Assembly: GCA_934148875.1 (NCBI GenBank)
Contig: CAKPDJ010000002.1
Coordinates: 1,297 to 65,296 of the forward strand
Reading direction: 5' to 3'
DNA length: 64,000 nt
Source of the DNA: an uncultured Bacilli bacterium
Lineage (GTDB): Bacteria > Bacillota_I > Bacilli_A > RF39 > UBA660
Shown in pieces: positions 7,817 through 18,838 of this stretch; position 1 is the first letter of the stretch, and the number at the start of each line of letters is the position of its first letter. The translations under genes and the position numbers were made by a program. Below the pieces are notes generated by a model that saw only the letters and a list, made by a program, of their open reading frames with translations, had not been told where the DNA came from and did not search any database.

Positions 7817-10800
7817 ATGAGTGATTCTCAAATTAAAATTGAATATTTATTAAATTCATCTGAGTTTAATAAAAATATGGCCAGCATGAAGAAAAATATG
7901 CAGTTATGCAATGAAGAAGTAAAAAATTCAGCTAAAGAAATGAATACATATGGTTCCAATATTCAAACTTTGACTTCAAGGCAAAAAGCTATTCAACAAG
8001 CTATGGAACAAAGTAAAAAAATAATGGCTGAATACAATTCTAATTTAGAAAAAAATAAAAAAGCTTTAGAAGGGAATAAGCAATCTTTAGAAGATTTATC
8101 TAAAGCTAAGAAGCAAGCTAATAATGAATATAAAAATGCTGTAAAGATGTATGGTGAAGAATCAGAAGAAGCTTTAAAATTAAAAGAAGCTTTAGATGAA
8201 GTATCAGATGAATATGCAAATATGAAATCTAGAGTAAAAGGTAATGAAGATACTATTGTAAGTAATACAGCTCAATTAGAAAAACAAAGAGGTGTTTTAA
8301 TTGATTTAGAAGGACAGTTAAAAGCTACAAATAAAGCCTTAGAAGAACAATCTAATAAATTCATATTAGCTAGTAAAAGATTTAGTGAATGGGGGAAAAA
8401 CCTAGAAAAAATAGGTGGAAGTCTTAAAAATTTAGGAGAAGATGTACAAAAAGCTGGTGCGATAATTGTAACTGCAAGTGCAGGCTTAGCAACTTTGGCT
8501 ATGAGTGCAGAATCAGGTTTTGCAAAAGTAAACACTTTAGCAAAAGATTCTGGAGAAAGTTTAAAAAACTTTAAAAAAGATGTTTATGATTTATCAGATA
8601 ATACAGGACAATCAGTTGAAGATTTAACAGATGCTTTATACAATGCTGTAAGTGCTGGAGTAGATTATTCTCAATCAGTTGAATTTATGGATCAAGTTAA
8701 TAAAGTTGCTACTGGTGGATTTGGTGAAATAGCAGATGCATCTAGTGCATTAACTAGTATAATGAATATTTATGGTAAAACAGTAAAAGACACAGGAGAA
8801 ATATCTGATAAGCTGTTTGTTACACAAGAAAAAGGTGTATTAACAGTAGGAGAATTAAGTTCAGTGTTAGGTGAATCTGCTTCTAGTGCTAAAGCTTATA
8901 ATGTAGATTTAGATAACTTACTTAGTGGATATGTATCACTTACTAAAGCAGGTATTAATGTAAATCAATCAAATACCAAACTTAGAGCTATGTTCGAAGA
9001 ATTAGGTGATACTGGTTCAAATGTAGGTAAAATCCTTCAAGAAAAAACAGGTAAATCATTTACTCAATTAATGGAAGATGGTAATTCTTTAGCAGATGTA
9101 CTAAGTATTATAACTGATAGCGTTAATGGATCAAAAGATGATTTTAATGCTTTGTGGAGTAGTAGTGAAGCTGCAGGTGCTGGATTTGTAATTGCTAGTG
9201 AAGGTGGAAAAGTATTTAAAGATGCACTAAAAGGCATGGGAGAAAGTGCTGGCAAATGTAATGGTGCTTTTGAAGAGGTTGCAAATACTAGTGAATTTAA
9301 ATTTAAGAAAAGTATAAATGAAGTTAAAAATAGTGCTTCTAAATTAGGAGAATCTTTATTACCGGTTTTAGATGAAGTTTCTAAAGGTATTAGTAATGTT
9401 GCTAAATATATTTCCAAATTAAATCCTGAGACAGTTGTTGCAGTTGCAAAATTTGGAGCACTTGCTTTAGTGTTCGGAACTGCCATGAAAGCTACTGGTT
9501 CACTTGTAGAAGGTTTAGGAAAAGGTGCACAAGCATTATCAGGATTATTTAAAATTGCTGCAGATACTAAGTCATTTGGAAGTTTTTCAAAAGCTTTAGC
9601 TGAAAGTGATACTGCTATTGGTGGTTTAGTTAAATCTGCTGGTGGATTATCTGAAGTGTTTGGTGGATTTACTTTAACAGGTGGATTAATAGGGGGAGCA
9701 ATAGCTGGTGTAGCCGCGTTAGGAGTAGCTTTTTATAATAATCAAAAAGAAATAGAAGAATCAGAAGCTAAGCTAGCTGAAATGGCTGATTGTTATGATG
9801 ATTTTACAGGAAGAATACGAACTAACGAAAATATATGGACAGAGATATTTGGTAAAGAATACAATATAAAATTTGGAGATGACTATAAACAAGCATTAGC
9901 TAATACAGAAGCAGATGTTGAAGCATGGGTAGAAAACCTAAGAAGTATGCAGGACGATATAAATGCCCTTTTAAATGATACAGAGAAGTCTGACGAAACT
10001 AAACAAAAAGAATTAGAACAGATGGTTCAAATAGTTCCTGAAAGCAACAATAAAGAAGAACATAAGCTACAATTCAAGAGCGGTTTAGAAGAAGCGGGGA
10101 TAACAGGGGAATCACAAGAAAAATATTTGCAACTTTGGTCTGAAGCATATGATAATGCACAACAAGTAGTAGATGGCGGCGAAAAGAAAATTGCAGAAAT
10201 AATTAGAAATAACCTAGGCGAAGATGGTAATATTACCGAAGAAGGTATGAAACAAATAGAGGAAGTAAGAAAAGATGTCCAAGATGAAATGGCACAAGTT
10301 CAATCTAATGATTTTGATACTATGTTGGCTATGACAGAAAGCCATATTGCACAAGAAGAAGCAATATATAAAGGTGCAGAAAAAGGCTCAGTTGAAGCAA
10401 TTAGAAATAAATATAAAACTATGAATGACGAAAGAATAAAAGAATTAGAAAATGAAAAAAATTTTATAGATGAACGTGCAGGATTAAGCGAACAAGAGAA
10501 ACAAGCACTTAAAGATAATATCAATAATCAAATAAATAATATTAATGCTATAGAACAAGCACAGATGGCAAGTCTTAATCGTAGGGCTATGTATGATCAA
10601 GAATATGCAAAACAAAATGGGTTAGCTGTTCAGCAAATTAATGATAATATGTGGACGGTTATAGATACTAATACTGGAATTGAAACATCATTCTTTGACA
10701 CAGAAGCGGCCATGCAAGAATATGCTAATAATATGGGGCTACAAACTTCTTATGTTTCCGATGAATTTGGTAATATGCATATGGTTATTCAAGATGCAGG

Positions 10801-11632
10801 TGGTGGAATAATGGGTATGTTAGATAGTTCAGCTACATCATTTGGTTTCTTTGGTAATGAAGCTTGGGCCGCAATGCAACAAGTAATAGATCAAGCAGGT
10901 GTAACCCAAGGAACTGCAGAACAGAAATTTGCTGCAATATGTGCAGCTATAGATAATGGTACATTAAAAGCAGAAGATTTTGGCTTTACAAGTTCAGAAG
11001 AATTTAAAGCAGCAGCAAAAGAAATGGTTAACGCAGGTGGCAGTGCTGATGATTTAAAAGGAAAAATAAACAACCTACCTAAAAATACAAATGTAAAAGT
11101 AGAAACTAAAATAAAAGGCGAAAGTGATTTAGATAATTTGATTACTAAATTAGGAAGCTTTGCAGGAAAGGTGTTTACAGCTACAGCTAAAGTTGTTTCA
11201 AAAGGTGTTGATGTAGTAACAGGAGTTTTAGGTAAAAAAGAAACTGGTGGTACTATAAACGAAAGTGGTGTATATAACATTAACGAAGCAGGTACAGAAT
11301 TAGTAGATCCTTTTGGGGCATCAACAACTTCAAATTATTCACTAGCTTCTGCTGTAAGAGGAGAATATGCATACCTAGAACAAGGAACTAAAGTTACTAA
11401 CGCTTTAATGACTACACAAAAAATGAACGATATGGTAAATACGAGAGTTGATCAAAGGTTTTTAAATATAGATAAAAGATTAGATAGACTTTGCACTGTA
11501 TTAGAAAGAGCAGGTATAAATACTGGTTCTAATATAAACGTGACAATGAATAATCCTAACTTTACAGATCAAAACTCACAAAAGAAAAAGTTAAATGAAA
11601 TGGTAACGCTTATAAAGGGGGTTAAGAGATAA
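7817..11632 (+). CDS. Tape measure protein
   Basis: 1271 aa, SD AAAGGAGGG. Long coiled-coil N-terminus, a Gly/Ala-rich TM-like central segment (GGFTLTGGLIGGAIAGVAALGVAF), and the canonical position. Confidence 0.9.
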   Translation: MSDSQIKIEYLLNSSEFNKNMASMKKNMQLCNEEVKNSAKEMNTYGSNIQTLTSRQKAIQQAMEQSKKIMAEYNSNLEKNKKALEGNKQSLEDLSKAKKQANNEYKNAVKMYGEESEEALKLKEALDEVSDEYANMKSRVKGNEDTIVSNTAQLEKQRGVLIDLEGQLKATNKALEEQSNKFILASKRFSEWGKNLEKIGGSLKNLGEDVQKAGAIIVTASAGLATLAMSAESGFAKVNTLAKDSGESLKNFKKDVYDLSDNTGQSVEDLTDALYNAVSAGVDYSQSVEFMDQVNKVATGGFGEIADASSALTSIMNIYGKTVKDTGEISDKLFVTQEKGVLTVGELSSVLGESASSAKAYNVDLDNLLSGYVSLTKAGINVNQSNTKLRAMFEELGDTGSNVGKILQEKTGKSFTQLMEDGNSLADVLSIITDSVNGSKDDFNALWSSSEAAGAGFVIASEGGKVFKDALKGMGESAGKCNGAFEEVANTSEFKFKKSINEVKNSASKLGESLLPVLDEVSKGISNVAKYISKLNPETVVAVAKFGALALVFGTAMKATGSLVEGLGKGAQALSGLFKIAADTKSFGSFSKALAESDTAIGGLVKSAGGLSEVFGGFTLTGGLIGGAIAGVAALGVAFYNNQKEIEESEAKLAEMADCYDDFTGRIRTNENIWTEIFGKEYNIKFGDDYKQALANTEADVEAWVENLRSMQDDINALLNDTEKSDETKQKELEQMVQIVPESNNKEEHKLQFKSGLEEAGITGESQEKYLQLWSEAYDNAQQVVDGGEKKIAEIIRNNLGEDGNITEEGMKQIEEVRKDVQDEMAQVQSNDFDTMLAMTESHIAQEEAIYKGAEKGSVEAIRNKYKTMNDERIKELENEKNFIDERAGLSEQEKQALKDNINNQINNINAIEQAQMASLNRRAMYDQEYAKQNGLAVQQINDNMWTVIDTNTGIETSFFDTEAAMQEYANNMGLQTSYVSDEFGNMHMVIQDAGGGIMGMLDSSATSFGFFGNEAWAAMQQVIDQAGVTQGTAEQKFAAICAAIDNGTLKAEDFGFTSSEEFKAAAKEMVNAGGSADDLKGKINNLPKNTNVKVETKIKGESDLDNLITKLGSFAGKVFTATAKVVSKGVDVVTGVLGKKETGGTINESGVYNINEAGTELVDPFGASTTSNYSLASAVRGEYAYLEQGTKVTNALMTTQKMNDMVNTRVDQRFLNIDKRLDRLCTVLERAGINTGSNINVTMNNPNFTDQNSQKKKLNEMVTLIKGVKR

Positions 11633-12435
11633 TGATAGATTGCACTTATATAGAGTTAAATGGTTTAATATTACAACCATCAAGAGACTATGTTTCTAGA
11701 TTAGATGGAATAATGAATTTTCAAAAGAATATAAGCGAGTCTGAATTATTTTATGATGGCTCCTTTTATGGTAGTTCAAAAGTTACTTCTAGGGACCTTA
11801 CTTTAAGTGTAATAATAAAACATCAATTTAATGTAAATGAAAATAAAGCTGAAAAGCAATTAAATTTTATATTAAAAGAAGAAAACATTAAATTAAGATT
11901 TAAATTAGAAAATGATGATAATTTTTATGAGTGCATAGTAAATTGTACATCTAAAGCTACAAATATTGATGAAATTACATGTACATTACATTTAAGTAAT
12001 CCTAATATATATAAATCACAAATTACAACTGAATTAGAAAAAATAATGCAAGGTGGTTTTTATTTTACTCCAGATGGATTTACTATAAGTGGAAGTGGAT
12101 TTGAATTTAATGAAACGCTAATAGGTAATATAGCAGAAATACTAAATCCTAGTACTACTATATATCCTGCTTTTAATATAAAAGGAGATACAGATTATAT
12201 TAATATATCTAACTTAACTACTGGAGAAGTTTTAAAAATTAATTGTAACATTTCATCAGAATATACCTTATTTATTGACTGTAATCCATCTTCAAGAAAG
12301 ATTAGGTACAATAATAAATCTTATATGAGATATAAGTCCGGAAATTATATAAGTTTAGTAAATGGCTCTAATATAATAAGAGTAGATTATTCCGGATCAT
12401 GTACAGTTGAAATATCATATAAGGAAGTGATTTAA
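11632..12435 (+). CDS. Distal tail protein (Dit-like)
   Basis: 267 aa. The start overlaps the tape-measure stop (TAATG). Called by position. Confidence 0.55.
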   Translation: MIDCTYIELNGLILQPSRDYVSRLDGIMNFQKNISESELFYDGSFYGSSKVTSRDLTLSVIIKHQFNVNENKAEKQLNFILKEENIKLRFKLENDDNFYECIVNCTSKATNIDEITCTLHLSNPNIYKSQITTELEKIMQGGFYFTPDGFTISGSGFEFNETLIGNIAEILNPSTTIYPAFNIKGDTDYINISNLTTGEVLKINCNISSEYTLFIDCNPSSRKIRYNNKSYMRYKSGNYISLVNGSNIIRVDYSGSCTVEISYKEVI

Positions 12436-13541
12436 TGTATTACTTAAAATTATATGATAGAAATAAAGTGTTAAAAGATAATTGTGAAATATATTTATTT
12501 TCTGATCTTACTTATACTAAAACATTAAATGGTACTGGTAATTTAAGCTTTAATACCCCAATTAAGTATATAAAAGAAAATGAAATTAATTTCCTACCTG
12601 GGGATTGTATAGAATTGTATTTATCAGAGAATAATTCTGAAGAATGTATATGGTGGGGTGTTGTAGTTAATCCTTCTAATACAGGACTGAATCAAATGAG
12701 TATTGTATGCGAGGGATATTTTTCATGCCTTAAAAACCGTATGCAAAAGCATTTATTTGACTTTGCAATATCTAGTAATAATATGAATTACTTAGAAGAA
12801 ACCTACACAAATGTAGGTCACGGAGAATTAATTCTAAGTCTAATAGGTACACAAAATTATTATGATAATACAGGTGTAACTCAAGGAGTTAATAAAGATT
12901 ACTCCGAAATAAAAACAACTCGAGTTATTAAATGGGACGATAAATTAGATGAAAAAATAAATGAATTTATAGAAGATGGTTGTTTATATTTTAATATAGA
13001 TCAAAATCGTAAAATGAACATATATTCTGAATATGGAGAAGATAAATCGGAGTTCTATATAGTACATGATGGTAATTTAATAGATTGTAGTCAAGCTATA
13101 ATAGATTATTCTCAAATAATTAATCAAGTATATGTTTTGAATCAATTTACTGAAGAGTTAGAAGACGGCTCGAGCGTAGATAGAAGCGTTTATTACATAG
13201 CAGAAGATAAAGAAAGTATAAAATTATTTGGATTAAGACAAGAAGTACTTAGTGTTAACGATATAAGATTAGTAGAAACAGCTAAAAAATACGCTGAACA
13301 AGAACTTAAAAAAGTATCTTCTCCTATTGTAAACATAGAATTAGAAGCTAATATAACTGATGATTTAGATATATTCCATATAGAACCGGGCGATTATATA
13401 GGAATAGATTCGGAATTGTTAAATTTAAAAGGAAAATTTAGAGTAATGGAATATACAGTAGATATTTCTAATAATACAGTAAAAATTAATTTAGGTAATT
13501 GCATATTCAGAAAAAATAATATTGTAAGTTATAGATATTAG
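12435..13541 (+). CDS. Tail-associated protein (Tal / tail endopeptidase-family-like)
   Basis: 368 aa, TAATG overlap with Dit. Called by position. Confidence 0.5.
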   Translation: MYYLKLYDRNKVLKDNCEIYLFSDLTYTKTLNGTGNLSFNTPIKYIKENEINFLPGDCIELYLSENNSEECIWWGVVVNPSNTGLNQMSIVCEGYFSCLKNRMQKHLFDFAISSNNMNYLEETYTNVGHGELILSLIGTQNYYDNTGVTQGVNKDYSEIKTTRVIKWDDKLDEKINEFIEDGCLYFNIDQNRKMNIYSEYGEDKSEFYIVHDGNLIDCSQAIIDYSQIINQVYVLNQFTEELEDGSSVDRSVYYIAEDKESIKLFGLRQEVLSVNDIRLVETAKKYAEQELKKVSSPIVNIELEANITDDLDIFHIEPGDYIGIDSELLNLKGKFRVMEYTVDISNNTVKINLGNCIFRKNNIVSYRY

Positions 13542-13555
13542 AAAGGAGTAGGAAA

Positions 13556-14443
13556 ATGGCAGAAAAAATTTATCCTGTTGCATCGAGCAATCATGTTTAT
13601 TATACATCTGATATAAAAAATTTAAACAAAACATTAATTAAGGATAAAACTTTAATATTATCAACATCTTTGGAAGTTACAGCAAAAACAAGCCCAAATA
13701 TGACAGTTTCAATATCCTCCGGTTCTGCTTTTAATGATGGAATGTTTTATCAGAATAGTGCTACTGTTAGCTTAACTATAGACAGTAATACTGGCTCACT
13801 CCCAAGAAAGGATGCTATTTGTATAGAATTTAATGGTGCAAACAGTAAACTTGTTGTAATAAAAGGAAATCCCGCAACAAGTCCAGTAATCTCAAGTACA
13901 GCTACAGATAGTAACCATATTTTATTAGCAGAAGTATTAGTAGGTGTAGGTGCAACAAGTATACAAACATCTAATATAACAGATAAAAGAAATTATTCCG
14001 GACAATATACGCTAGAAAGTTTAGATAAATCTATCCACACATTAGAAGATAAAGTTAAAAAATTAGAAGATGGCAAAATGGTAACGTATTACAATCACAC
14101 ACAGAACGATAACTATATTTTAAATACAAACTTAATGGAATTTAAAGAAACAACTATGAAAATATCTAGCATGTATTTTTATTTAAGTCCTAATTATATA
14201 GCGTCAACTAAAATTAATGGGAAAAATTATAGTGCTGTTACTTTGCCTTACTTTTATAGCATAGGTACTACTTATTCTGTTAATGTAAATTTATCAGCAA
14301 ACCAAGATGCAATTCTATCTGGTAAATTTAGTGGAGATATTTTGTTTACATTACCTAATTCTAAAGGATTTAACATTTTTATTCCTAACAACACAAATGA
14401 CGCTTACGATTGTACATTATTTATTAATGTAGTAGGTAAATAA
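13556..14443 (+). CDS. Baseplate/fibre protein
   Basis: SD GAAAGGAG. The N-terminal pattern ...LPRKDAICIEF...NHILLAEVLVGVGATSIQTSNITDKR is typical of fibre shoulder domains, followed by a short coiled coil. Confidence 0.45.
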   Translation: MAEKIYPVASSNHVYYTSDIKNLNKTLIKDKTLILSTSLEVTAKTSPNMTVSISSGSAFNDGMFYQNSATVSLTIDSNTGSLPRKDAICIEFNGANSKLVVIKGNPATSPVISSTATDSNHILLAEVLVGVGATSIQTSNITDKRNYSGQYTLESLDKSIHTLEDKVKKLEDGKMVTYYNHTQNDNYILNTNLMEFKETTMKISSMYFYLSPNYIASTKINGKNYSAVTLPYFYSIGTTYSVNVNLSANQDAILSGKFSGDILFTLPNSKGFNIFIPNNTNDAYDCTLFINVVGK

Positions 14444-14452
14444 GGTGATAAA

Positions 14453-14668
14453 ATGATTTTAAAATTTTATAAAAATGGTTATAACCCAGATAAAAAGTAT
14501 ATTTTATATAAAAAAATAGATAATGCTAGCGGAACTATAGAATACTACAAAGAAATTAAAAAAACAAAAGAAGAATTATATGTAGAAGAGCTACAAAATG
14601 TTAAAGAACAACTAAATGCTGCTCAAGAAGCAATAGACTTTTTAATTGAGATAGGAGGTGATGTATGA
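14453..14668 (+). CDS. Hypothetical protein (71 aa)
   Basis: SD AAGGTGA, with a coiled-coil C-terminus. Lies in the tail fibre block. Confidence 0.5.
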   Translation: MILKFYKNGYNPDKKYILYKKIDNASGTIEYYKEIKKTKEELYVEELQNVKEQLNAAQEAIDFLIEIGGDV

Positions 14669-14823
14669 TGGCAGGATATTTGGCTATGAGAATTGAAGGC
14701 GGACATTTAGATTATAGTATAGTCTACAGAAAAAACTATAGACAATTTAAAGAAACTGTAGATGATATTTTAATTTTAGATGGATATCAAAATTTAATTC
14801 AACCAGATCCAAATGAAATATAA
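14665..14823 (+). CDS. Hypothetical small protein (52 aa; not in the ORF track)
   Basis: ATGATG start overlapping the upstream TGA, SD GGAGGTGA. Sequence MMAGYLAMRIEGGHLDYSIVYRKNY... Confidence 0.45.
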   Translation: MMAGYLAMRIEGGHLDYSIVYRKNYRQFKETVDDILILDGYQNLIQPDPNEI

Positions 14824-14839
14824 GAAAGGAGAATAATTT

Positions 14840-15940
14840 ATGAATCCTATTACTAAAAAACAAATAATAATGAAATGCTTAGCAGATGGGGATACTGCAA
14901 AATTGCCTAAACCTAGTTCTAAAATAGAAACCTATCTTTATATATGGTGTAAAGGTAGTGGAAATATACCAACACCAGCAAATAAAGAAGAGATGTATTT
15001 TGCATACCTAGCAAGTCAAGCGGGTGGTACAGGCTTTAGTGGTACACTGCCCAAACCTACAAGCAGAATAGAAACTTTTTTACACGCTTTAGCTTTAGGA
15101 AACACACCTAGCTTAAAAGCCAATAGTAGATATGAATTATTTTTAAAAGGCATTGCAACCGGTGGAAGTTCTGTTATGCCTATTCCACAAACAATAGAAG
15201 AATATTATCTTAAATATTTAGCAGAAAATATGCAAGATGATAACACTTATGGAGAAATAGTATTAGATAAAACTGCATTAACAATAAATGAAAATGCTAC
15301 AGGTACTATTCAAGTTAAATTAAGTACAGCACCTAGTGTTAATCAAAATATTTCAGTATCCCTATCAAACGGAAATGCAAGTATTGATAAAACTGCATTA
15401 ACATTTACACCATCAAACTATAATGCTTATCAAACTATTACAGTAACAGGAACTCATTTAGCAGGAAACTTTAATAATAACCAATGTGTATTAACATTTA
15501 AATCTAAGAAAACAGTAGCAACTAAAACTTGTACAGTAACAATAAATAACATAGATGCAGATACTACTCCTTATATGTATTATGGTAGATTAAGTTTCTC
15601 AGATGTAGGAAGTAGAGTAATTCAGTTCAATGAAATAACAGAAGCTATGATTCTAAAAGGCGTTGCTGACGGCAAATTAACCAAGTCTACACCTCATACA
15701 CTTGGAAAGACATCTCTAGGATTAGCATCAACAACAGCAGAATCAGATTATCAAATAGTGATTGTGCCAACTGCTAATAATTACGCAGTAACTAAGGATA
15801 ATGGTTTTGGTGGAAAAACAGTATTTGACGAAGAAACAGCAGGTGCTAATGGCATAGATATTACTATTAATACAGTACCATGCAAGCTATATGGAGAAAT
15901 TCTTATAGCACAAGGTGAAACATTTATTTATGTAGATTAG
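14840..15940 (+). CDS. Tail fibre / receptor-binding accessory protein with internal repeats and an Ig-like module
   Basis: SD GAAAGGAG. Repeated motifs LPKPSSKIETYLYIW / LPKPTSRIETFLHAL / NSRYELFLKGIA. The module YGEIVLDKTALTI...NYNAYQTITVTG recurs in 15953..18838. Confidence 0.5.
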   Translation: MNPITKKQIIMKCLADGDTAKLPKPSSKIETYLYIWCKGSGNIPTPANKEEMYFAYLASQAGGTGFSGTLPKPTSRIETFLHALALGNTPSLKANSRYELFLKGIATGGSSVMPIPQTIEEYYLKYLAENMQDDNTYGEIVLDKTALTINENATGTIQVKLSTAPSVNQNISVSLSNGNASIDKTALTFTPSNYNAYQTITVTGTHLAGNFNNNQCVLTFKSKKTVATKTCTVTINNIDADTTPYMYYGRLSFSDVGSRVIQFNEITEAMILKGVADGKLTKSTPHTLGKTSLGLASTTAESDYQIVIVPTANNYAVTKDNGFGGKTVFDEETAGANGIDITINTVPCKLYGEILIAQGETFIYVD

Positions 15941-15952
15941 GAGGTATAATAA

Positions 15953-18838
15953 ATGGCAACAGATTTTACTTATAATAATAAAACAATTAATATTAGTGGG
16001 CCTGCAAAACCATCAGGTAAAAATCAACCTTTAGATCCAAGAACCGAGGTTAAATTATATGCAGATATAAAAAGCATACCATCTCCTTACGTAGGTATGA
16101 TTGTTACTGTATTGGAAGATGAAACTAACTCTAATAAAATGACAGATTACAAAGTACTTTCATTAAAAGCTAATGCATCAGGGATAGCTAATTCAGTTGT
16201 AGACCAAGTGCAAAGATATGTAGATTATTTAGGTGCTGGGAGTGTATCTCAAGAGGATATAAATACAGCTGTTAATAATTATCTTACAGAAAATCCAGTA
16301 CAAAGTGGGGCTACAGCGGAACAAGCAGCTCAAATAGAAGCTAACAGAATAGCTATAGGTGATACTAATAGTGGATTAATAAAAGAAGTTAATGATATTA
16401 AAAATATTGAATTGCAAAATTTAAATACAGCTATTAATACTTTAGAAACTTTAGTTGGATTAGACGAAACAGTAGGTGATAAAAACGGATTACCTAAAGG
16501 TGATGCAAATATTATTGCTAGTATTAATAGAATTGATAATAAGACAGGTGGGCAAGTTGTATATAAAGCACCCGCTGTTAATCTATTTAATTATACTACA
16601 ATACAACAAGATACAGTAAATGGAGTAACGGGTTATTATTCTGATTATATTAATTATGATGATAGTAAAAAATATGTAATAAATATGCCACAGCTGACTT
16701 ATAAATATTTTGATTCCAATAAAAATTATGTTAGTAGTCAACAATTAAATACACATAATAGTGGTAGTTATTCAATAATACCTACTATATCCGATAATAC
16801 TGTAAAATATATTAGACTTTACTTTGGTACATCTATGCCTAATTGGGTTAACAATAGCCATTTTGTAGAAGAAGGTACTGTACCATTGCTTGATTATTCA
16901 AAAACTTATACTACTAAAAATAGATGGTTTGGGAAAAAATTATTAGTTTTAGGAGATGGCATTTCAACAGAAAGAGCTGGTTTATCAGATATAACATATG
17001 CTACACAATTAGGAATAGAATATGGTTTTAGTTCAGTAACTAATTTATCAATTAGCGAAAAAACAATTTTATGGCACATAGAAAATCTAAATAAATATTC
17101 AGATGATTATGACTTGGTTATAATAATGTGTGGAACTAATGATCATGGAAATAATACTACTATAGGTGATATCAATTCTACTGATAATACTACTATAAGT
17201 GGTAGAGTTGATATATTGATAAATGCATTAATAGAAAAAAAAATGGAAGCGCTAATTGTATTTTTAACTCCTATAAAAAGAGTTGGTACTATAGGTTCAG
17301 AGGATGAAGCTCTTAATACTACTGATGGATATTATACTAAATCAGGCGTCACTACAAAAGAAGTTGGAGAAGCAATAAAAAATAAATGTAAACAATATTC
17401 GATACCATGTATAGATTTATATGATTCAATAGAACCAAAATTAGCATCAATAAGAAATAAATATTTCAATAGTCCTAACGACGGAACACACCCAAGCACA
17501 TTAGGGCATGCTAAATATATTTCACCTAAAGTTGTAAGTGAAATAGGAAGATTAGCTCCTTTCCCACCTGTATCTATCAACACATCAACAGAAGTATATG
17601 GAAATATAGTTACTAATCCTTCTTCTTTAAGTTTAAATAGTGGAGAAAGTGGAAGTTTTGCTGTAAAACTCGATAAAGCACCTACAAATGAACAAACTAT
17701 TTCTATTGAATCAACTAATTCCAATGTTACATTATCAGCTAGAGAGTTAAGATTTACTTCTGATAATTATAATAATGAACAGACTATTACCTTTACAGTG
17801 CCATCTTCAGTAACTAATAACTTCACAATATCTTTAACTAACCCTAACGTAGTAAATAAATCAGTTGAAGTTATTGTAACAAATGGTGAAACAACAAACG
17901 TATTGGTTGATAGTGTAAGTCTTAACAAAGAGAACATCACATTAACAGTTGGTAATACAGAACAATTAATACCAACTATAAGTCCTTCTAACGCAACAAA
18001 TAAAGAAGTAAACTGGAGTTGTAATAATGATAATTGTACAGTTGTTGATGGTTTAGTAACAGCTATTAAAGAAGGTTCAAGTGTAATTACTGTAACAACA
18101 GTTGATGGTAATAAAACAGCAAACTGTAATGTTACAGTTTCAGGAGAAAGTTCTAAAGATATTATTGAAGACGGTTTGGTATTTAGACTAGATGGTAAAA
18201 ATACAGACTCCAATGCATATTTAACAGACACAGTAAATGGGGTGACATGTAATATTTTAAATACTGGTTATACCAAAACTAATAATGGGGTAGTTATTCC
18301 CAAAGATTCAACTGCTTGTATAGAAATACCAGCTTCAGAAACCAATTACGGTATAACTAACGAAATGACTTTAGAAGTTCAAACAATTTCACCTGGAAAG
18401 CTATCTGTTTTTGGAAAAGATGCGAATTCGAGTATTGCTGCAGATAATGTTTTTAAAGTATATATCAATTACATGAATACTTCTGATGTAAGTAGTTATA
18501 AAAAGAATCAAAATTACGATGTAGAAAATGCCAATAAGTTTATGACTGGTTTACACCGAATTTCGGTAACAATTTCTACTGATGGTAATGTGCTAACCTA
18601 TGTAGATGGAGAGCTATATACTGGATTTAGCGATACTATTATAACAGATTATAAAGATCTATCCACACTATTCGCATCAAAAAATTATTCTTTAAAAGAT
18701 ACCATGTATAGTGGAAAATCTGTAGACGAATCTACTTTTGTTAGTATGACATTATATAATAGGGCTTTAAGTGCTGATGAAATAAAGCAAAATTATGATT
18801 CAGACCTATTCCTAGAAAACATACTGGTGTTACCCTGA
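15953..18838 (+). CDS. Tail fibre with SGNH/GDSL-like esterase, Ig-like (Big_2-type) and LamG/ConA-like domains
   Basis: SD TTAGGAGG. Motifs LGDGIS, MCGTNDH and DGTHPS (SGNH blocks). A Big_2-like repeat (VDSVSLNKENITLTVGNTEQL...). A LamG-like C-terminus ending LYNRALSADEIKQNYD. Ends at CCC TGA (18833-18838). Confidence 0.75.
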   Translation: MATDFTYNNKTINISGPAKPSGKNQPLDPRTEVKLYADIKSIPSPYVGMIVTVLEDETNSNKMTDYKVLSLKANASGIANSVVDQVQRYVDYLGAGSVSQEDINTAVNNYLTENPVQSGATAEQAAQIEANRIAIGDTNSGLIKEVNDIKNIELQNLNTAINTLETLVGLDETVGDKNGLPKGDANIIASINRIDNKTGGQVVYKAPAVNLFNYTTIQQDTVNGVTGYYSDYINYDDSKKYVINMPQLTYKYFDSNKNYVSSQQLNTHNSGSYSIIPTISDNTVKYIRLYFGTSMPNWVNNSHFVEEGTVPLLDYSKTYTTKNRWFGKKLLVLGDGISTERAGLSDITYATQLGIEYGFSSVTNLSISEKTILWHIENLNKYSDDYDLVIIMCGTNDHGNNTTIGDINSTDNTTISGRVDILINALIEKKMEALIVFLTPIKRVGTIGSEDEALNTTDGYYTKSGVTTKEVGEAIKNKCKQYSIPCIDLYDSIEPKLASIRNKYFNSPNDGTHPSTLGHAKYISPKVVSEIGRLAPFPPVSINTSTEVYGNIVTNPSSLSLNSGESGSFAVKLDKAPTNEQTISIESTNSNVTLSARELRFTSDNYNNEQTITFTVPSSVTNNFTISLTNPNVVNKSVEVIVTNGETTNVLVDSVSLNKENITLTVGNTEQLIPTISPSNATNKEVNWSCNNDNCTVVDGLVTAIKEGSSVITVTTVDGNKTANCNVTVSGESSKDIIEDGLVFRLDGKNTDSNAYLTDTVNGVTCNILNTGYTKTNNGVVIPKDSTACIEIPASETNYGITNEMTLEVQTISPGKLSVFGKDANSSIAADNVFKVYINYMNTSDVSSYKKNQNYDVENANKFMTGLHRISVTISTDGNVLTYVDGELYTGFSDTIITDYKDLSTLFASKNYSLKDTMYSGKSVDESTFVSMTLYNRALSADEIKQNYDSDLFLENILVLP